A DNA stretch of 32,000 nt, taken from Planctomycetales bacterium. Lineage in GTDB: Bacteria; 4484-113; JAFGCY01. Position 1 is the first letter of the stretch. Each line of letters opens with the position of its first letter. Shown here in pieces: positions 22,890 through 31,494 of the stretch. Both the position numbers and the translations under genes were made by a program. The notes beneath the pieces are model-generated. The model searched no databases, was not told the DNA's origin, and saw only the letters and a list, made by a program, of their open reading frames with translations. The DNA lies in contig CP060262.1 in NCBI GenBank assembly GCA_022646745.1, positions 2,460,001 to 2,492,000 on the forward strand, written 5' to 3'.

Positions 22890-23934
22890 GCCTGGCGAAC
22901 GCAGGCTGAAGGTGGCGGTGGTCGGTGCCAGCGGCTATACGGGCAGTGAGCTGGTGCGCATCCTGCTTGGGCACCCGCAGGCCGAATTTGCACTGCTGAC
23001 AGCCGGCAGCAATGCCGGACGGTGCTTCTCGGAACTGCATCCGCAGTTCAGAGGCGTGGTGGACACTGTGCTGGCCGACAACACCGCTCTGGCGGATGCC
23101 GAGCTGGACTACATCTTCCTCGCCCTGCCGCACCGTGTCAGCATGGACTTCGTGGCCGGCCACGACCTGGAGCGGACACCGGTGATCGACCTGTCCGGCG
23201 ATTTCCGCCTGGCGGACGCCGCAACATATGAGGACTGGTACGAGCATGCGCACAGCTGCCCGGCGCTGCTGGACAGCGCGGCCTACGGCATGAGCGAGCT
23301 CAACCGTGAGCGGATCCGGGATGCGAGGCTGGTTGCCAATCCGGGCTGTTACCCGACATCCGCGATCCTGCCTCTCACACCACTGCTCAGCGCAGGACTG
23401 ATTGAGACCGTCGGGATCATCATTGACAGCAAGAGCGGGGTGAGCGGGGCCGGCAACAAGCCGAAGCCCAACCTGCATTTCCCGCAGCTGCATGGCAACT
23501 TCAGCGCCTATGGCCTGGCAACGCATCGCCATACGCCGGAGATCGAGCAGGCGCTGGGCCGGGCTGCCGGTGGCGATGTGGCCCTGCAGTTCACGCCGCA
23601 CCTGCTGCCGGTCAGCCGCGGGATCCTGTCCACGATCTACGCGAGACCGAAGCACGGAGTGGACCAGCAGGCAATTGACGATGCACTGGCTGAAGCGTAC
23701 AGCACAGAACAGTTCATCCGTTTGCGCAAAGCTCCTCCAAGTCTCGCTGATGTGCGCGGCAGCAACTTCTGCGACATCCACGCGAAACTTGATGGGCGCA
23801 GTGGCAACCTGATCATCGTTTCCGCAATTGACAACCTCGTGAAGGGCGCGGCCGGACAGGCCGTGCAGAACATGAACATCATGGCCGGCCTGCCAGAGGG
23901 CAGCGGTCTCGGGCAGGTGGCCTTAAGTCCCTGA
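22882..23934 (+). CDS. argC: N-acetyl-gamma-glutamyl-phosphate reductase
   Basis: The preferred start is ATG 22882, an 8-nt overlap with argD. Motifs are KVAVVGASGYTGSELVRIL, NPGCYPTS (catalytic Cys) and VSAIDNLVKGAAGQAVQNMN. Confidence 0.9.
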   Translation: MDEPGERRLKVAVVGASGYTGSELVRILLGHPQAEFALLTAGSNAGRCFSELHPQFRGVVDTVLADNTALADAELDYIFLALPHRVSMDFVAGHDLERTPVIDLSGDFRLADAATYEDWYEHAHSCPALLDSAAYGMSELNRERIRDARLVANPGCYPTSAILPLTPLLSAGLIETVGIIIDSKSGVSGAGNKPKPNLHFPQLHGNFSAYGLATHRHTPEIEQALGRAAGGDVALQFTPHLLPVSRGILSTIYARPKHGVDQQAIDDALAEAYSTEQFIRLRKAPPSLADVRGSNFCDIHAKLDGRSGNLIIVSAIDNLVKGAAGQAVQNMNIMAGLPEGSGLGQVALSP

Positions 23935-23949
23935 ACAAAGGACAGCATT

Positions 23950-25176
23950 ATGGCTATGCAGATGGAAATCAATGACACCATATCCGGCGTGAAGGGCTTC
24001 AGCGTCTGGGGTGCGCATGTCGGCATCAAGAGCAAGCGGCGCGACCTCGGGCTGATCCATTCCGAGCAGCCCGCGCATGCCAGCGCCGTCTTCACCCAGA
24101 ATGAGGTGGTGGCCGAGCCGGTCAAACTCAGCCGCCGGCACATCGCGGACGGGCTGGTGCAGGCGGTGGTCGTCAACGCGGGAAATGCGAATGCCTGCAC
24201 GGGTGAACAGGGCCGCCAAGGCGCGGAGGCGATGGTGACCGCCACCGCCGAGGAACTCGGCATCGAGCGTGAGCTCGTGATCGTGGCCAGCACCGGTGTG
24301 ATCGGGCAGCGTTTCCCGACGGACAAGGTGGTGGAGGGTATCCGCGTAAATGCGCGCAAGCTCAGTGAGAAGAAGGCCGCCAGCCACTTCCTCGCCAATG
24401 CGATCCTGACGACGGACACGTTCCCGAAGGAGGCCGCGCGCCGCTTCACGGTGCAGGACCGCGAGGTCCTGCTGGCCGGGGTTGCCAAGGGCAGCGGGAT
24501 GATCCACCCGAACATGGGCACGATGCTGAGCTTCATCGCCTGTGACATCGCGATTGCCCAGCCGCTGCTGGACTCGCTGTTCCGCGAGGCTGTGGACCGC
24601 AGCTTCAACATGATCACCGTCGATGGCGACACCTCCACGAATGACATGGCGCTCGTGATGTGCAACGGCATGGCGGGTAATGTGGAAATCAACTCCCCGG
24701 ACAGCCCCGGCTATGCCGAGTTCCGCAATGCGCTGTTCAGCCTGACGGAGGACCTCGCCAAGCTGATTGTCAGTGATGGCGAGGGGGCAACCAAGTTCAT
24801 CGAGTACCGCGTGATCAATGCCCCGGACGAGGAGGGCGCCCGGCGGATGGTGCGCACGATCTCCGACAGCTCACTGGTGAAGACGGCGATCTTCGGGCAG
24901 GATCCGAACTGGGGAAGGATCCTCGCGGCCGCCGGCCGCAGTGGGGTGGCCTTTGAGCAGGAGAAGGTGGACTTAAGCATCGGTGCCGAGGAGGTCTACC
25001 AGGTGGCGCGCAATGGCAAGCCGACCGGGCAGGACCTGGCGAAGGTGCGCGAGGCGATGCACGAGCAGCACCTCAAGGTGATCGTCAACCTGAATGCGGG
25101 TAGCGCCGAGGCCACCGGCTGGGGTTGCGACCTCTCCACCGGCTACGTCAAGTTCAACTCGCACTACACGACCTGA
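23950..25176 (+). CDS. argJ: Ornithine acetyltransferase (ArgJ; mono- versus bifunctional not determinable)
   Basis: Motifs are GFSVWGAHVGIK, NAGNANACTG and KGSGMIHPNMGTMLSFI (autoprocessing Thr context). The C-terminus is GYVKFNSHYTT. Confidence 0.9.
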   Translation: MAMQMEINDTISGVKGFSVWGAHVGIKSKRRDLGLIHSEQPAHASAVFTQNEVVAEPVKLSRRHIADGLVQAVVVNAGNANACTGEQGRQGAEAMVTATAEELGIERELVIVASTGVIGQRFPTDKVVEGIRVNARKLSEKKAASHFLANAILTTDTFPKEAARRFTVQDREVLLAGVAKGSGMIHPNMGTMLSFIACDIAIAQPLLDSLFREAVDRSFNMITVDGDTSTNDMALVMCNGMAGNVEINSPDSPGYAEFRNALFSLTEDLAKLIVSDGEGATKFIEYRVINAPDEEGARRMVRTISDSSLVKTAIFGQDPNWGRILAAAGRSGVAFEQEKVDLSIGAEEVYQVARNGKPTGQDLAKVREAMHEQHLKVIVNLNAGSAEATGWGCDLSTGYVKFNSHYTT

Positions 25177-25195
25177 AAAACCCTCCGCTAAGCTG

Positions 25196-25226
25196 TTGAC
25201 CCTCACGCGGCGTGAGGCTGTATTCT
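25196..25226 (+). promoter_or_regulatory. MerR-type promoter with an operator palindrome in a 19-bp spacer
   Basis: The -35 is TTGACC (25196-25201) and the -10 is TATTCT (25221-25226), separated by a 19-nt spacer. The perfect inverted repeat CCTCACGC-G-GCGTGAGG (25201-25217) is centred in it. GAAGGAG lies at 25243-25249 and the ATG at 25260. Confidence 0.6.
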
Positions 25227-25259
25227 CTGCGGCCAATCACAGAAGGAGCGTGAATCAAC

Positions 25260-25991
25260 ATGGAAGAACAGCTGTATCAGGTGGGGGAGCTGGCCGAACT
25301 GAGCGGCGTGAGTGTGCGCACCCTGCATTACTACGGGGAGATCGGCATCCTCGAGCCCCGCGAGCGGACGGAGGCCGGTTACCGTCTGTATGGAGCGGAG
25401 GCCGTGCTGCGCCTGCAGCGCATCCGCGTACTGCAGGAGCTCGGGGTGCCGCTGGCGGAGATGCTGCGTCTGCTGGAGGGCAAGGGTGAGGGACTGGCGA
25501 CGGAGCTGGCCCGGCTGCGCACGGAACTGGCAACGCGGATCAGTATGCTGCAGGACCTGCAGCTGCGCATCGGCGGGGTGCTGCAGCTCATCGAACAGGG
25601 CGGCATTGCCGAACCGGAGCAGATGTTTGCAATCCTGCGGCTGATGTCAGGCCTGTCCGCCGGTCTCAGCGATGAGGAGCGCGAGCTGTATGCAGAGCGC
25701 CGTGAGGCCGTCGGCGAGCAGCGCATCCGTGAGGTGGAGGCCCAGTGGCCACCGCTGATTGCGGCGGTGCGCGGGCACATGCAGCAGGGGACGGACCCCC
25801 GGGACCCGCAGGTGCGCGAGCTGGCCAGCCAGTGGCGGGCACTGGTGGCGGAGTTCAGCGCTGGCAACACGCAGCTTGAGCGCGGCGCTGTACGACGCAT
25901 GCCCGAGCATGGATCAAAGCTGCAGCAGCAGCTGCCCGAGGCCTTCCCGGATGCGGAGATGATGGACTACATCCGCCGCGCGATGGACTAG
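25260..25991 (+). CDS. MerR-family transcriptional regulator with a TipAS-like C-terminal domain
   Basis: The N-terminal winged helix-turn-helix is YQVGELAELSGVSVRTLHYYGEIGILEPRERTEAGYRLY. A coiled-coil linker follows, then a ~130-aa helical C-terminal domain of TipA/Mta type. Confidence 0.8.
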   Translation: MEEQLYQVGELAELSGVSVRTLHYYGEIGILEPRERTEAGYRLYGAEAVLRLQRIRVLQELGVPLAEMLRLLEGKGEGLATELARLRTELATRISMLQDLQLRIGGVLQLIEQGGIAEPEQMFAILRLMSGLSAGLSDEERELYAERREAVGEQRIREVEAQWPPLIAAVRGHMQQGTDPRDPQVRELASQWRALVAEFSAGNTQLERGAVRRMPEHGSKLQQQLPEAFPDAEMMDYIRRAMD

Positions 25992-26005
25992 ACCGGCCGG
26001 CCTGG

Positions 26006-27928
26006 TCAGCCCTCGAGGCTGGCCAGGCTGCGCATCTCCTCGCCCCACTTCAGCAGTTGCCTGCGGCGCTCGCCGTCGTCGGTGTTCAGTGCGATCTTGC
26101 GGCCGCGGGAATCGAGCACCAGGCCGACCACGCCGCCGCGCACCTTCTTCGACACTTCCTTGCCCATGCCCTCGCCGAAGTCGAACTTCTTCGTGGGCTT
26201 GACGGTGACTGTGGCTTCCGCGCCGACGGTGAAGTCCGCGAACAGCTTCATCTCGCCGAACTTCATCGAGCCGCTTTCCTCGGTGCCGTCGTCAAACCTG
26301 ATGGTGTAGTCGAAGCAGGGGTCGCCGAAGCGGGCCGTGCCCTTGGCGGCCACAACCGTGCCGAGGTAGATCATGCAGTCGCGGTCGAACACCTGCTGGG
26401 CGGCGTCGCCATTTACCTGGGCGAGCACGCCGAGGTGCGGCATCATGAAGATGCTGTCCACGCCGAGGAAGGTGAAGCCCTCCGGCTGGAAGGCATCGAT
26501 CAGCATGTGCATCGTCTGGTTGCGGCGCGGGGCATGGCTCAGCACGCCGCCGGAACCGACCAGCAGGTCGAGGTTCATCATCTTGATGAAGGTGTCCTCC
26601 TCGGCAGCGCCGGCGAAGGCCTCATCCAGTGACTTGACGCGCTGCACGCCCTTCAGGCCCGTTGCCAGCAGCTTGTGCTGGTCGAAGCTGAGGCGCAGCG
26701 CCTCACGCGCCAGCGCCTGCTCGATCACGAGGCTGCGCAGCGCATGCGGGATGGTGGTCGGGCGAATCATCTTGTTCTTGATCGCGTCACGCAGTTCCTG
26801 CTCGTTCACGTCGAAGGGCACCCAGCGCATCACGTTCTCCCAGCCGGCTTCAGCCATCACGTTGGAGATCGAGTAGCTCATGCCGAGGTTGGCGGACACC
26901 GAGCGGTTGAACAGGCGCTCCTCCACGCCGGGGGAGGTCTCCACCTCGTAGCTGGAGAACACATCGGTGGTCGCGCCGCCGATGTCAACGCCGACCACGT
27001 TCATCTTGTTCAGGGTGGCGATGGTCTGGATGATGTAGCCCATCGCGGCGGGCGTCGGCATCACGGGGGCGCCGACCCACTTGAGCAGCTTGTCATAGCC
27101 GGGAGCCTGCGCCATCACATGCTCCTCGAACAGGTCCTGGATCTTCGCGCGCGCCGGCATCAGGTTCTCCTCCTCCAGCGTCGGGCGCAGGTTCGGCACC
27201 GGGAACAGCGCCACCATCTCCTCGGGCTTGCCGTCCTTGCCGATCACGACCTGCTTCTTTTCGTCCTTGCGCTGGAAGGCCAGCTCGACCTCATCCTTGG
27301 CGTCCTTGTTGCCGGCGTAGATCACCGGCAGCTGGAAGCTGTGCCCAAGGCGCGGGCGCGGGTCAGCCGCGGCGATCAGCTCAGCCATCTCAGCGACGTG
27401 CTTGGTTGTTCCACCGTCAACGCCGCCGGAGAGGAGGATCATGTCCGGGCGCAGGCGGCGGATGCGCTCAATGCGCTCATGGGGCAGGCGGCCGTCGTTG
27501 CTCGCGAGGATGTCCATCACGATCGCGCCGCCACCGAGTGCCGCACGCTGTGCACTCTCACCGGTCATCGCCTTGACCACGCCGGCCACCATCATCTGCA
27601 GTCCACCACCGGCGGAGCTGGTTGAGATGTAGATGTCGACGCCATCATTGCCATCGGCGGGGGTGATGAAGGGCAGCACGGTCGGGTCCCGCTTCGGGTC
27701 CTCGAGCGCCTTCCAGTCGATGATCTTGCGGCCACTGAGCTCCTCGAGCTCCTGCATCGCGTTCAGCACGCCCTGGGTCACATCCTCGAAGGGTGCCTCC
27801 ACGGTGGTCGGTGCCTCGCCGCGGAATGTCTGGCGGTAGCCGTCGGCTTTCCGCTCGATCATGATTGCCTTGGTAGTCGTTGAACCGCAGTCCGTCGCTA
27901 CGATCACATCCAGTTTGCGCTCAGCCAT
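26006..27928 (-). CDS. ASKHA-superfamily ATPase, glutamate-mutase-L (GlmL/MutL)-like
   Basis: 640 aa. The phosphate-binding motifs are VIVATDCGSTTTKAIMIE at the N-terminus and VVGVDIGGATTDVFS internally. The family assignment is from memory and of moderate certainty. Confidence 0.6.
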   Translation of the reverse strand: MAERKLDVIVATDCGSTTTKAIMIERKADGYRQTFRGEAPTTVEAPFEDVTQGVLNAMQELEELSGRKIIDWKALEDPKRDPTVLPFITPADGNDGVDIYISTSSAGGGLQMMVAGVVKAMTGESAQRAALGGGAIVMDILASNDGRLPHERIERIRRLRPDMILLSGGVDGGTTKHVAEMAELIAAADPRPRLGHSFQLPVIYAGNKDAKDEVELAFQRKDEKKQVVIGKDGKPEEMVALFPVPNLRPTLEEENLMPARAKIQDLFEEHVMAQAPGYDKLLKWVGAPVMPTPAAMGYIIQTIATLNKMNVVGVDIGGATTDVFSSYEVETSPGVEERLFNRSVSANLGMSYSISNVMAEAGWENVMRWVPFDVNEQELRDAIKNKMIRPTTIPHALRSLVIEQALAREALRLSFDQHKLLATGLKGVQRVKSLDEAFAGAAEEDTFIKMMNLDLLVGSGGVLSHAPRRNQTMHMLIDAFQPEGFTFLGVDSIFMMPHLGVLAQVNGDAAQQVFDRDCMIYLGTVVAAKGTARFGDPCFDYTIRFDDGTEESGSMKFGEMKLFADFTVGAEATVTVKPTKKFDFGEGMGKEVSKKVRGGVVGLVLDSRGRKIALNTDDGERRRQLLKWGEEMRSLASLEG

Positions 27929-27965
27929 CTAGTGCATTGACTCCTGCTAGGGTTGCAAAGGAGAC

Positions 27966-27994
27966 ATTATACTTGGTGAAATCGACTGGCTGAA
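27966..27994 (-). promoter_or_regulatory. Promoter candidate for the GlmL-like gene
   Basis: Read on the minus strand: TTCAGC (27994-27989), a 17-nt spacer and a perfect TATAAT (27971-27966). AGGAG lies 12 nt upstream of the ATG at 27928. Confidence 0.35.
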
Positions 27995-28043
27995 CCTATG
28001 AAACGGCCGTGAAACAAGAAGGACCGGCCCGCTATTCTCGTAA

Positions 28044-29654
28044 CTATTCCACGTATGTGGCGTAGTAGCCGTGTATCGGCAACAGCGAGTCCCAGCAGAC
28101 CACGGGACGCCCGGCGACTTCAGCAATGGTTGGATTGCTGCGCAGCCCTGCCGTCTGGAAGGGGTTCACGGTCTCATATGTCCATGTGCCGTCAGTGCCA
28201 GCAGGAGTGCTGCTGCGGCGGTAGATGATTTCATAGCCTGAAGTGATGATGTAGCAAACTGCCGGATTGCCATTGATGATTCCTGCAGCGGCATTACCGA
28301 AGATTTCAGCCGATTCTAGCGCGGACAACTCAGACCAGTCCGCCGGGTTGGCTCCGGTGGCAGTTGTGCTGCGGCGGAAGAGCACCGTATTCGGGTCTGC
28401 TGCCACGTAGACTACGGCAGGCTGGCCGCCTGCCATCAGCAGGACCGGGTCGCTCAAGGAGTAGTTCACGGATTCCAGCTGCACCTTCCCGAACCAGTCC
28501 TCGAACCCATCACCGTCCACACCGGCACTGCGCCTGTAGGAAAGCACACCTGGACCATCGGAATACGTGACAGCCGGATTTCCACCCACTTCCGAGATAT
28601 CCAGGAAATCTCCTTCATCAGCCTGCAGTGTACGCACGACGAACCAGTCCGATGCCTGGTCACCGAATGCGTCACTGCTCCTCGCGTAAAAGATCCCATC
28701 CAGGTCAGCATTCCTGTAAGCGATTGCCGGCTTTCCGCCTGATTCAACCAGGCTGGGATTGCTGCCGGTACCGGCCGCTTCGTCCACTGTCACCGGCGAC
28801 GGCCAGTCAGACGCAAACTGCCCATTTGCCGTATCACTCCTGAAGTAGAGCAGCCGCTCCGGGTCGGTTTCCCGGCAGACAATCGCAGGGTGGCCACTGA
28901 CAATTGCCGCGTCGAGCTTCAACTCCAGCTTGCCCTGGTAGACACGTACGCTGGTCCAGTCTGACTGGTCAATCCCTAGGGTGCTGCTGCTGAAGGCAAA
29001 GCGCAGTTCAGGGTCGCCAGCGGGCGGGGTGCGCATGTAGGCGACCGCTGGACGGCCTTCCACCTCCAGCACGACCGGCTCAAGGCCTGAATTGATGTTG
29101 TCGTCGTATGTGGTGTACTGCCAGCCGACGCGGTCCGTCGCCAGCACCAGCCTGACGACGTTCAGGCTGTCGCCACCGGCTGCAATCACCGCCACATGGG
29201 CGTTGCCAGCCGCTGAGAGGTTATCTTCGTCACTGAGGTCCACACTCAGGCTGCTTTCCGTCGGGCCGCTGATCTCCCATCGCCCCGTGGAATAATTGGC
29301 AACGGCGATCCATGCTTCACTGCCGGCCGGGATTGTCAGCAGGGCCTGCACATTCACCAGTTGCGCGTTGCCCGGAGTCAGCTGCCAGATGCCCCAGCTC
29401 GGGTCCTGCAGGGTGGAGAACAGCTCAAGCTCCGTCCCATCCACAGCCGCACTGCCAGACTTGAGCAGGTAATCAACACCGTCAATCTGCGTACTGACCG
29501 CAACACTGGACTCGCGCCCAAGCGGCAGGCCGGGCAGTGAGTCGACAGCGGGGGCGACCCTGTCCTGCACCGCTCCGGAGTCAGCAGTCGGTCCGGTACA
29601 GGAACCCAGCATGAAGGCGCTCAGGCAACAGAATAGGAATAAGAAAGCTCGCAT
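28044..29654 (-). CDS. Lipoprotein with seven G-x-P-A-[IV]-x-[YC] repeats (putative beta-propeller), paralog 2
   Basis: Part of ORF 28044..29723. The preferred start is ATG at 29654, with GGAG 5 nt upstream. The lipobox is MRAFLFLFCCLSAFMLGSC. Repeat cores are GRPAVAY, GHPAIVC, GKPAIAY, GNPAVTY, GQPAVVY, GNPAVCY and GRPVVCW. Confidence 0.7.
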   Translation of the reverse strand: MRAFLFLFCCLSAFMLGSCTGPTADSGAVQDRVAPAVDSLPGLPLGRESSVAVSTQIDGVDYLLKSGSAAVDGTELELFSTLQDPSWGIWQLTPGNAQLVNVQALLTIPAGSEAWIAVANYSTGRWEISGPTESSLSVDLSDEDNLSAAGNAHVAVIAAGGDSLNVVRLVLATDRVGWQYTTYDDNINSGLEPVVLEVEGRPAVAYMRTPPAGDPELRFAFSSSTLGIDQSDWTSVRVYQGKLELKLDAAIVSGHPAIVCRETDPERLLYFRSDTANGQFASDWPSPVTVDEAAGTGSNPSLVESGGKPAIAYRNADLDGIFYARSSDAFGDQASDWFVVRTLQADEGDFLDISEVGGNPAVTYSDGPGVLSYRRSAGVDGDGFEDWFGKVQLESVNYSLSDPVLLMAGGQPAVVYVAADPNTVLFRRSTTATGANPADWSELSALESAEIFGNAAAGIINGNPAVCYIITSGYEIIYRRSSTPAGTDGTWTYETVNPFQTAGLRSNPTIAEVAGRPVVCWDSLLPIHGYYATYVE

Positions 29655-29738
29655 TGGCACTCCGGGCTTACCAGCCACAGATGCTGAGTATAGCCCAGGC
29701 CAATAAATGGCTGAGACCGACAATCAACGCAGTTCCGC

Positions 29739-31397
29739 TCAGTCCAGCAGAACCGCGTAATACAGGTCATCATGCGTACTGTCCATGCTGTTGCGGTAGA
29801 AGCAGAGCACCGGTCGGCCGGCCACTTCAGCCATGTCGATGTCAAACGCGTTTGAGTCGTCGTCGTTCTCGAACACCCTCGATGCGGGCCAGTCGCCGAG
29901 GGTCTCGTTGCCATTCGCTGCCGTGCTGCGTGAGAACCAGACATCGTCCGTGTCCCCGTCTCGGTAGGCAGCGGCGGGGAATCCGCCCACGATCGCAGCC
30001 GCGCCGTAGTACTGCAGGTTGGATGCACTGTTCAGCGCTGCCTTGATGTCCCAGTCCGGCTTGCTTTCGCCTGTGGTGCTGGTGAAGCAGCTCAGCCAGC
30101 TCAGCGTATCGGTCGCTGTGACGTGAACCAGCCCGGGATGCCCGTCAGCCCACAGCAGGCCCACGGGGCTGAGCAGCTGGTTGCCGCTGCCCTCCAGCAG
30201 GTTGACGTACTGGATCCAGTCCACCGGCCCGTCCCCGAGCACGCTGGTGCTGCGCAGATAGCTGACGCGATCATTGCCAAGGTCGTAGTAGCCGATCGCC
30301 GGGTTGCCGCCGACCACCTGCAGTTGCGGGTAGTAGCCGGTGTCACCGCCGGATTCGATCGTGCGCTCATGCCAGTCCGCGCTGTGCATTCCGTCCGCGC
30401 TGTCACTGTACGCATAGCGCAGTTCGTCAAAGCTGCCCGCCACCTGGTAGGCGATTGCCGGCTTGCCCTGCACCTCGGCAAGCGAGCTGCCCTCACCGGC
30501 CCGGAAGTCATTGTCAACTTCCACAGCTGCCCCCCAGTTCGCCGGGGCCTTGCCGTGCACTGTGCTGCTGCGTACGTACTTCAGCGTGGAGCTGTCGCCA
30601 TCCTGGTAGGCCACGGCCGGGTTGCCGCCGATCACCGCCAGGTCGGGATTGGACCCCCCGGCCGGATTGTCATTGATGGCGATGCTGAACCAGTCATCGG
30701 GGTACAGGCCAAGCTCGGTCAGGCTGTAGGCATAGACGAGTTCTGAAGTGGTCGGACTGAGGTAGCGGCGTGAGATGATCGCCGGCCTGCCGTCAACTTC
30801 TGCGATGCGGCACTGGCGTCCGACGTCACCCTCAGTCACGACCGGGAACACGTGCCAGCCGAGCTTGTTGACCGTGGTCGCCAGGTTGTTGGCAATGATC
30901 TTGGAACCGCGTGTGGCGATCACCGCAATGTAGACATTCTTGGCCGGGGAGGCGTGCTTGAACAGGTCAACGCTGATGGTCTGCGTGCCGTCGGCAGCCG
31001 CAATGAAGTCCCAGCGTCCTGTTTCGTAATTGGAAATACCGATGTATCCGCTGTCCTCCGGGCCGAGCACGAGCTCCGGGCTGATCTCCAGCAGGGCGTC
31101 ATTCGTCGGCGGGAACTGCCAGATCGCCCAGGCCGGGACGAAGGCATTGGACTGCAGGATCGCCACTTCATTCAGGACCTGCACCCGTGGCGGCCCGGTG
31201 GAATCGATGAATGCACTGCCGTCAATCACGGCGCTGTATGGTTCGGAGATTTCCCTGCCAACGGGAATGCCGGGCAGGGGGATCGCGCTGTCCTCAGACC
31301 GGATGGGCGTTCCAATGGGCTCCACAGTGCGGTGCGAACATGACAATGAGCATGGAATCAGCAGCAGAAAAAACACAGCCAGCAGTCTCGGCTTCAT
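29739..31397 (-). CDS. Lipoprotein with seven G-x-P-A-[IV]-x-Y repeats (putative beta-propeller), paralog 1
   Basis: The ORF track starts at TTG 31403. The preferred start is ATG 31397, with GGGAG 6 nt upstream. The lipobox is MKPRLLAVFFLLLIPCSLSC. Repeat cores are GRPAIIS, GNPAVAY, GKPAIAY, GNPAIGY, GHPGLVH, GFPAAAY and GRPVLCF. The N-terminal domain is shared with paralog 2 (LPG.P.GRE, W.IWQ, NY.TGRW, SVDL). Confidence 0.7.
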   Translation of the reverse strand: MKPRLLAVFFLLLIPCSLSCSHRTVEPIGTPIRSEDSAIPLPGIPVGREISEPYSAVIDGSAFIDSTGPPRVQVLNEVAILQSNAFVPAWAIWQFPPTNDALLEISPELVLGPEDSGYIGISNYETGRWDFIAAADGTQTISVDLFKHASPAKNVYIAVIATRGSKIIANNLATTVNKLGWHVFPVVTEGDVGRQCRIAEVDGRPAIISRRYLSPTTSELVYAYSLTELGLYPDDWFSIAINDNPAGGSNPDLAVIGGNPAVAYQDGDSSTLKYVRSSTVHGKAPANWGAAVEVDNDFRAGEGSSLAEVQGKPAIAYQVAGSFDELRYAYSDSADGMHSADWHERTIESGGDTGYYPQLQVVGGNPAIGYYDLGNDRVSYLRSTSVLGDGPVDWIQYVNLLEGSGNQLLSPVGLLWADGHPGLVHVTATDTLSWLSCFTSTTGESKPDWDIKAALNSASNLQYYGAAAIVGGFPAAAYRDGDTDDVWFSRSTAANGNETLGDWPASRVFENDDDSNAFDIDMAEVAGRPVLCFYRNSMDSTHDDLYYAVLLD

Positions 31398-31494
31398 ATG
31401 CAACTCCCTGGATTGTCGATCAGGCCGACTTGCCCTGAGGGGGCATTATAGCCCAGCGAGCGGACTGCCAGGCCGCTGCAGCAGGCTTTGCTGC

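Noticed and set aside
31398-31403. TTG start at 31403 for lipoprotein paralog 1, as given in the ORF track.
   Set aside because: ATG at 31397 is preceded by GGGAG at 6-nt spacing and gives a canonical lipoprotein signal peptide (MKPRLL...LSC).
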